From a virus: a stretch of DNA of 64,000 bases. The stretch lies in IMG/VR virus record IMGVR_UViG_3300031669_000002, positions 32,001 to 96,000 of that record. The stretch is one strand, 5' to 3'. Shown piece after piece: positions 57,899-64,000 of this stretch (position 1 is its first letter; every line of letters starts with the position of its first letter). The notes below the pieces were generated by a model. It was not told the origin of the DNA and did not search any database. It saw only the letters and a list, made by a program, of their open reading frames with translations. The position numbers and the translations under genes are program-made.

Positions 57899-58255
57899 TT
57901 ATGCAACTTTCTTAAAATAGCCGTAGGGCAGACCGTAATTGTGGCAGAAGAAGTCGGGATCACCAAACACATACTGATCATTTTCAGCTTCGAAAATCCA
58001 ACGGATTGCGGTCTCACGATCTTTAGCGCCAGTCGCAATAATATCAGCCAGCTTGGCCTCGAACCGAGCAATGGCTTCCTTCTCGAATTCTTCACGCTGA
58101 CGCTCGCCCTCGTTCATCGTGGCGACCAGCGAATCCCAGTGACGCTGTTTCTCGTCAGGAGTAAGCGAATCCCAGTAAGCGAAACCAGCTTCTCCGGGGC
58201 GACAGCCATATGCATCTTTATGAAGATCGCTGTAGATTTCGTCATCGTAAGCCAT
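57899..58255 (-). CDS. conserved hypothetical early protein
   Basis: AAGGAG RBS; YSDLHKDAYGCRP motif; own sigma70-like promoter. Confidence 0.75.
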   Translation of the reverse strand: MAYDDEIYSDLHKDAYGCRPGEAGFAYWDSLTPDEKQRHWDSLVATMNEGERQREEFEKEAIARFEAKLADIIATGAKDRETAIRWIFEAENDQYVFGDPDFFCHNYGLPYGYFKKVA

Positions 58256-58286
58256 TTGTATTGCTCCTTAACTAACTTATAGAGCT

Positions 58287-58314
58287 ATTATACGCTTTTT
58301 AACCGAAAAGTCAA
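58287..58314 (-). promoter_or_regulatory. sigma70-like early promoter
   Basis: Minus strand: TTGACT-tttcggttaaaaagcg-TATAAT (16-nt spacer). Confidence 0.8.
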
Positions 58315-58385
58315 GCGAAATTTCATTAAATTACTAGTTTATTTCTCGCATAAATACTTAATAACAAAGACATTTTAGGCAAACA

Positions 58386-59141
58386 ATGACCACAAAGACG
58401 ACAACAATAGATTTTTTACCTACTTATCTTTATATTAAACGACACCCTGTTACTGGATTATTGTATTTAGGCAAGACATCTGGATCAGAACAATACTTGC
58501 TTAAAGAATATTTGGGATCAGGCAATTATTGGGAAGATCATTTAAGAATACACGGTGAAGAAAATATAGAAACTCCGTGGTATTGTTTATATACAGAAAA
58601 AGAAGAATTGGTTAGGTTCGCATTGATGTTGTCTGAACAGATGAATATTGTAAAGGTTAAAGATGAAAATGGTAAAAAGATATGGGCAAACCTAAGACCT
58701 GAAAATGGATTAGATGGAGGAGTTAAAGGTGTTAAATGTGGACCACAGTCAGAATCACATAAGATTAACAATGCAGCAGCTAGAAAAGGGAATAAATATG
58801 GCCCACAAAAACTCCCAAGGAAAGCAGAACATAGCGCCAATATTAGTAGTTCTAACTTAGGCAAGAGTAGAAATAAAGGAGTAAAACAATCACTAGATCA
58901 CGCCAGCAAAACAGCAGCCAAAAAAGGAAATACTTATGGAAAAGCAAATAAAGGACAAATTCCTTGGAATAAAGGAATAAAGATCCAATATAAGCCACAA
59001 TCTGCAGAAGTAATAGAAAATCGAACCGGCAAAAAGCGAGGCAAATATAAAGAACTAATTTGTCCACAATGTGCTAAGGTGGGTCACGGCGGCGCAATGA
59101 AACAACATCACTTTGATAATTGTAAAAAGAAAACATTATGA
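58386..59141 (+). mobile_element. GIY-YIG (Seg-like) homing endonuclease
   Basis: TYLYIKRHPVTGLLYLGKT..YLGSGNYW..PENGLDGG; IPWNKG; CPQC..HHFDNC; ATAAATA at 58350. Confidence 0.8.
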
Positions 59142-62100
59142 TCATAAAAACCTTGTCGTACCTGCCCTTAATATTCCAGACTCCTGCCAATCAGAAGTTC
59201 TTGAACGCAACCCTGGACCAGCTAGTTACACAACCTGATTTTAAACGCGTCGATGGCTACATAGGTCGAAAATTTGCGCCAACATATCGCGCAGGCGACA
59301 ACTATGTTCCTGAACCAACAGCAGAGCGTCAAAACTACCAGCTTGAACCAAGTGTAGTTAGTTTAGATATCAACGGCGAGACACAATTTTTTAGCACATA
59401 TACTGATCTATTACAGCAGATAGAATATTATGGTGGTATAACGAATAACCACACACGGTTATTCGATCAAGAATCATATACGTTTGATGGCAAGATTGAC
59501 TTTGATAAGTTTGTAAACTTCAGTGAATACTATTGGTTACCAACTGGGCCAGATCCAGTAAACGTATATTCGGTTTCGTCTAACCTAAGACAAACATTTG
59601 ATATTACTCGTAACCTGGCAGTTAATGCTTACACTATTTCCGGATTTAACAATTCCCCAAATCCAGAAATTATTCTAGCGCGAGGAGGAGTATATCAGTT
59701 TGTAGTAGATCAGCCAGGATTTAACTTTTGGATTCAAACTGACATAGGTACATCCGGCACAAAACTAACTCAGCCAAATATTAGCACACGTCAAATTCTT
59801 GGAGTAGATAATAACGGAACAGATAATGGAACAGTTACTTTTACCGTTCCGCAAGCCGACGCACAAGATGGCTTTATAACTATGCCGCTAGTGCAGTCGA
59901 TAGATTTTGCAACAAATCTACTATACTCTGACATACAAGGTAAGAACCTAGCAACATTTGCTGGCATTGACGGAGTAAGCAGCAATCTACCAGGAAAGTA
60001 TTTAATTTTTACATCAAATGATACAAATGCTTCAAATTGGGGAAACACAGATCCGTCACATTGGAACGGAATTTGGCAAATACAGCTTTCCGGAGCAAAT
60101 ATTAACTTGGTATGGATAAAAGATATCCCAGTAGGAGAAAAAGTTTTTATTAAGTCAGGAAGCACTTATGTAAACTTAGAATTCTATAAGATTACTACTG
60201 GTCAATTAGAACAAGTACCTCCGGCCTCTGCTTCGCTTAATATATTGTACTATGCTGACTCGACAAATCCAGGGTTTTACGGCACTATTCGAGTAGTTGA
60301 TCCGTTAACATTTCAAATTGATGTAGAGACTGAGATATTAGGTAAGCAGTCATACACTAGCCCAAACGGCGTCGTATTTACTAACGGATTAAAGATAACA
60401 CTCAACAACACAGTTACTCCGGCATCTTATGCAGGAAATACATATTATGTTGAAGGTGTTGGTTCAAGCATTAAATTATTGCCAGTAGACTTATACGGCG
60501 GCACATCAACACTTGATTATATTGTGATTAATAGGTCAAGCATTGATGGCAATAGCTGGTCTAAAACTAACTCTTGGTTTCACTCTGATGTAATTGCTGC
60601 AACGTCAACATATAATAATACTGTTCCGCTATTAGATCAACTTACTAGAGCATCAAGGCCAATTATTGAATTTAGTCCTAATCTACAACTTTTCAATTAT
60701 GGACGAGTTGAGAAACCATATGTAAACATATTAGACTTTACTTCTACCGATGCTTTTACTCAAGTGCAAGGGTCTGTTCTTTTTGATCCTGCTGTATATA
60801 AAACAGGCGAAACAATAATTTTTGCCGCCGATCAAGACCCAAATGTTAAAAATAAAATTTATAACATTGATATTGCAACTATTGCGGGCGGGGCATACAC
60901 TGTTTCTGAGTCGTCGCCTACAGCTATTGGTTCTCTTGTTGCAGGCGAAACGTATGTTATTGATATCTTAGGAACTACAAATTGGGCAGCCGTCGGTGCC
61001 GCCGTTCCGACACCTGGTATTCCGTTTGTTGCGACTGGACCAGGAACCGGTACAGGTATTGCTTATCACATTATCTATACTCGCCCAGGACATTTTGTTA
61101 GCGGGCAAACATATCAGATTACAGATGTCGGTACAATGAACTGGTCTCTTCTTGGCGTAAGTTCGCCAACAGTTGGTTTACAATTTATTGCATCTTTTAT
61201 AGGTAACGACGCAACAACGGGAACAGGCGCAGCACAGTTCGTAACACAACCAGAATCATTTATAAATTTAACAGAAGTATTAAACGGTGACGTGTTAGCA
61301 TATGATGTTGTTATACCAAATACGGGTATGCTAGTAAAACTAAACCCATCTAATAACTCACAGTTCGATACAAATACATCATTCAGAACAATTGATTATT
61401 CGTTGCTGCCAGCAGATATCGGAACACTATCATTGACTACTGTTAATGGTTACGGTACGGCAGGAACACTAATCAAAGGGTATCAGTATGAAATTAAGTA
61501 TGCGGGCACAACTGATTTTACATTATATGGTTCACCAGATAATTTAGTTGGCACTATTTTCACTGCAACAAATACTAACCTACCAACTACTGGTCAGCAA
61601 ACAGGCATTGCACAACTTTTAAATATAGTAGATTCTGGTTTTGTGTCGGGAAAGAGCTATTGGTTCAATGGAATCAATTGGGTTCAATCGCAGCAAAAGA
61701 CTTCTACAAATCAGTCGCCATTGTTTGATATAGTAGACAATAATCTTATTAGTCTTGGAGATCCAACTATTTATTATGCAACCTCGTTTAAAGGTTGCCC
61801 TATCTTCACATACTTACAGGGGACAGGAACAGCAGACCCAGCATTAGGATTTCCGATATCATATAGAAATATTAACAATGTAGGAGATATTGAGTTTACT
61901 AATAATTATGACACTGATACTTTTAACCAACTTGTTGGATTAACTACGGTTACGAATAATGTCAACTCTGGTTTTATACCAGTTATTGTTGATCGAACCA
62001 CAATAATCAAAGAGAATATGTGGGTTAAGAAATTTGAGAACTCTAAGCAGTATCAAATATTCTCAGCAGTATATGACGGATCTACATCAAACTTTCAGAT

Positions 62101-64000
62101 TGATATTTTACCTGACCAGTCACAGTTTATTCCTAATCTAAAAGTATATGTCAATAGTATTGAACTAGTGTCAACTTCTTATTCTATTACTACTGTAGGT
62201 ATAGTAAACTACTTGACAATTTCGTCAACACTTTCCGTAGGCGACGAGATTGATATATTAATCTACTCAGCTACGCAGGTATCAACTGCTGGGTACTATG
62301 AAATACCAAGTAACTTGGATTACAATGCACTAAATGAAAATTTTACAGTGCTTACGCACGGACAGTTTAGAAATCACGTAGCAACCATTGCGTCTAATAC
62401 TACAGAGATATTAGGCAAGGTTCCAGGACAAAGCAATCTTAGAGATCTATCAGTTAAAACTTTTGGTGGAAGTATTTTACAACATAGTTCTCCGTTAATC
62501 TATAGCGAACTATTCTTGCTTAATAAAGACTTAAACTTTATGGATGCGAGTACCTACGTCCAACTAGAATATAATAGATTTAAGAACAAATTCTTAGAAG
62601 CGTTCCCATCAGTAGTAGATGCCGGAATTTTAGACCCCGCAGTCGCAGTGGATACTATTCTGCTACAGTTGAATACAGTAAAGAATGACAAATCGCCGTG
62701 GTACTACAGCGATATGGTACCTTACGGTGGAAACAAAGTAACGACTACATACACTGTATTAAATGTAGATATAACTGCTTATGAAATCGCAAGTATCTTC
62801 AATGACAATATATTAGGCAATAAGGCTATTTTAGTGTATCTGAATGGTAGTCAGCTAGTAAAAGGCATCGACTTTACTTTTGACCAAACTCGCCCCGCAA
62901 TCAATTTTATTAAATTGCTTAACTATGGCGACACAATAACTATCAATACATACAGCAATACAGATGGTAATTTTATACCAGAGACTCCAACAAAACTTGG
63001 TCTATATCCAAAGTTTACGCCAGAAAAGTTTGTGGATAGCTCGTATCAATCATCTCCTATAGTAATTCGCGGCCACGACGGAAGCATTACGCCGGCATTT
63101 GGGGATATGCGCGATGAACTACTATTGGAACTTGAAAAGCGTATCTACAACAATATCAAAGTAGAATACACTACTTCAAAGTTTGATCTGTTTAAATTTA
63201 TCCCAGGTAAATTTCGCGAAACAGAATATACTAAGGCAGAGTTTGACCAAATCTTATCTAGAAGCTTTATGGAATGGATAAGCAACAACAGAACTGATTA
63301 TTCAGATAATCAGTGGTTCCAGAGCGGCAACCAATGGTCATGGACATATAGTAGCTTCAAAGATAAAATAGATGGCTCTTATCTTCCTGGATATTGGAAG
63401 GGAATTTACAAATATTTCTACGACACAGATGCACCTCATCTAAGAGCATGGGAAATGCTTGGATTTAGTGAAATGCCAGATTGGTGGATAGACACTTATG
63501 GTCCAGCACCTTATACGGCAGGAAACAAAGTTCTATGGGATGATCTAGAATCAGGAACTATTGTACAAGGCACAAGAGCAGGAACATACTCACAGTATGC
63601 TCGCCCAGGACTGAGCACAGTGATACCAGTTGATGTTTATGGAAACTTATTATCACCTAACGAATTTTTAGTAACTGGATTTAACGGGTCAACTGTTGAC
63701 GATACTTTTGTGTTTGGAGATAACGGCCCAGTTGAGAATGCATGGAGAACAAGCAGCCATTATCCTTTTGCAGTACAACGAGCAATTGCTCTAATGAAAC
63801 CAGCGTTATATTTTGCACAGCTTGCTAACGTTCAAGACTATAGTAACACAAACGAATTAGGTCAATGGCTTTTCGTAGATAACAATCGTCGAATCACGTT
63901 AAAAACACTTGAGGTAAATGGCGAAGTTATTACGCCGTTAACTGCTACAGCTATTAACCCAACAGGATCAATATTAAGACAGGCAGGATACCTGAACTGG
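59138..64000 (+). CDS. giant baseplate/virion structural protein (gp7-position), 3' partial
   Basis: ATG 59138 (MIIKTLSYLPLIFQTPANQKFLNATLDQL..). Spot-checked in the same frame at 63482 (WWIDTYGPAPYTAGNKVLWDDLE) and at the window end (..RQAGYLNW). Absent from the track, presumably because it has no stop in the window. Confidence 0.8.
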   Translation, partial: MIIKTLSYLPLIFQTPANQKFLNATLDQLVTQPDFKRVDGYIGRKFAPTYRAGDNYVPEPTAERQNYQLEPSVVSLDINGETQFFSTYTDLLQQIEYYGGITNNHTRLFDQESYTFDGKIDFDKFVNFSEYYWLPTGPDPVNVYSVSSNLRQTFDITRNLAVNAYTISGFNNSPNPEIILARGGVYQFVVDQPGFNFWIQTDIGTSGTKLTQPNISTRQILGVDNNGTDNGTVTFTVPQADAQDGFITMPLVQSIDFATNLLYSDIQGKNLATFAGIDGVSSNLPGKYLIFTSNDTNASNWGNTDPSHWNGIWQIQLSGANINLVWIKDIPVGEKVFIKSGSTYVNLEFYKITTGQLEQVPPASASLNILYYADSTNPGFYGTIRVVDPLTFQIDVETEILGKQSYTSPNGVVFTNGLKITLNNTVTPASYAGNTYYVEGVGSSIKLLPVDLYGGTSTLDYIVINRSSIDGNSWSKTNSWFHSDVIAATSTYNNTVPLLDQLTRASRPIIEFSPNLQLFNYGRVEKPYVNILDFTSTDAFTQVQGSVLFDPAVYKTGETIIFAADQDPNVKNKIYNIDIATIAGGAYTVSESSPTAIGSLVAGETYVIDILGTTNWAAVGAAVPTPGIPFVATGPGTGTGIAYHIIYTRPGHFVSGQTYQITDVGTMNWSLLGVSSPTVGLQFIASFIGNDATTGTGAAQFVTQPESFINLTEVLNGDVLAYDVVIPNTGMLVKLNPSNNSQFDTNTSFRTIDYSLLPADIGTLSLTTVNGYGTAGTLIKGYQYEIKYAGTTDFTLYGSPDNLVGTIFTATNTNLPTTGQQTGIAQLLNIVDSGFVSGKSYWFNGINWVQSQQKTSTNQSPLFDIVDNNLISLGDPTIYYATSFKGCPIFTYLQGTGTADPALGFPISYRNINNVGDIEFTNNYDTDTFNQLVGLTTVTNNVNSGFIPVIVDRTTIIKENMWVKKFENSKQYQIFSAVYDGSTSNFQIDILPDQSQFIPNLKVYVNSIELVSTSYSITTVGIVNYLTISSTLSVGDEIDILIYSATQVSTAGYYEIPSNLDYNALNENFTVLTHGQFRNHVATIASNTTEILGKVPGQSNLRDLSVKTFGGSILQHSSPLIYSELFLLNKDLNFMDASTYVQLEYNRFKNKFLEAFPSVVDAGILDPAVAVDTILLQLNTVKNDKSPWYYSDMVPYGGNKVTTTYTVLNVDITAYEIASIFNDNILGNKAILVYLNGSQLVKGIDFTFDQTRPAINFIKLLNYGDTITINTYSNTDGNFIPETPTKLGLYPKFTPEKFVDSSYQSSPIVIRGHDGSITPAFGDMRDELLLELEKRIYNNIKVEYTTSKFDLFKFIPGKFRETEYTKAEFDQILSRSFMEWISNNRTDYSDNQWFQSGNQWSWTYSSFKDKIDGSYLPGYWKGIYKYFYDTDAPHLRAWEMLGFSEMPDWWIDTYGPAPYTAGNKVLWDDLESGTIVQGTRAGTYSQYARPGLSTVIPVDVYGNLLSPNEFLVTGFNGSTVDDTFVFGDNGPVENAWRTSSHYPFAVQRAIALMKPALYFAQLANVQDYSNTNELGQWLFVDNNRRITLKTLEVNGEVITPLTATAINPTGSILRQAGYLNW

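Noticed and set aside
59791-60165. 124-aa minus-strand ORF at the window end
   Set aside because: Lies antisense within the long + strand structural gene starting at 59138; no independent signals.
1-64000. CRISPR or other spacer-repeat arrays; tRNA/rRNA genes
   Set aside because: No regularly spaced direct repeats in non-coding DNA and no cloverleaf with T-loop/anticodon signatures were seen by eye; tRNAscan-SE was not run.
1-64000. Stop-codon reassignment, as in some jumbo phages
   Set aside because: Core genes are full length under the standard code and end in TAA, TAG (gp23, gp55) or TGA; no genes are fragmented at in-frame TAG/TGA.

Overview
This window is 64 kb of a large lytic, T4-related contractile-tailed (myovirus) jumbo phage genome. 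No host gene, tRNA, rRNA or CRISPR array is visible, and the standard genetic code fits. About 1-14.1 kb is an early/accessory region on the + strand, driven by a family of sigma70-like promoters. It carries a VWA (DUF2828-like) protein, PspA plus a TPR membrane protein, an RNA ligase, a DnaJ-domain protein, an Ala/Lys-rich protein, a MoxR AAA+ ATPase, two paralogous metallopeptidase-VWA proteins and many small ORFs. About 14.2-64 kb is the late region, with T4-type (A)TAAATA promoters. It carries a secreted NucA-like nuclease, a tail-fibre/receptor-binding cassette, the head genes (gp23, 22, 21, 20), tape measure, gp26/51, gp46/47, the gp55 late sigma factor and the baseplate operon (gp53, hub, gp5, gp25, gp6, and a giant wedge protein running off the end). 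Nine free-standing homing-endonuclease-like genes (HEGs) are interspersed. The most striking unexplained element is a ~680-nt ORF-free region (37937-38616) directly 3' of a GIY-YIG nuclease gene, with many helices that pair better on the minus strand (G-U pairs), i.e. a candidate large structured ncRNA. Other notable signals are a covarying hairpin cassette before two endonuclease genes, probable leaderless late mRNAs (TAAATA-N4/5-ATG), an RBS-locking hairpin on the nuclease gene, an apparent ATC start codon, and a P-loop kinase/ADP-ribosyltransferase-like pair inserted between gp55 and gp47. All family assignments come from motif recognition by eye, not database searches.
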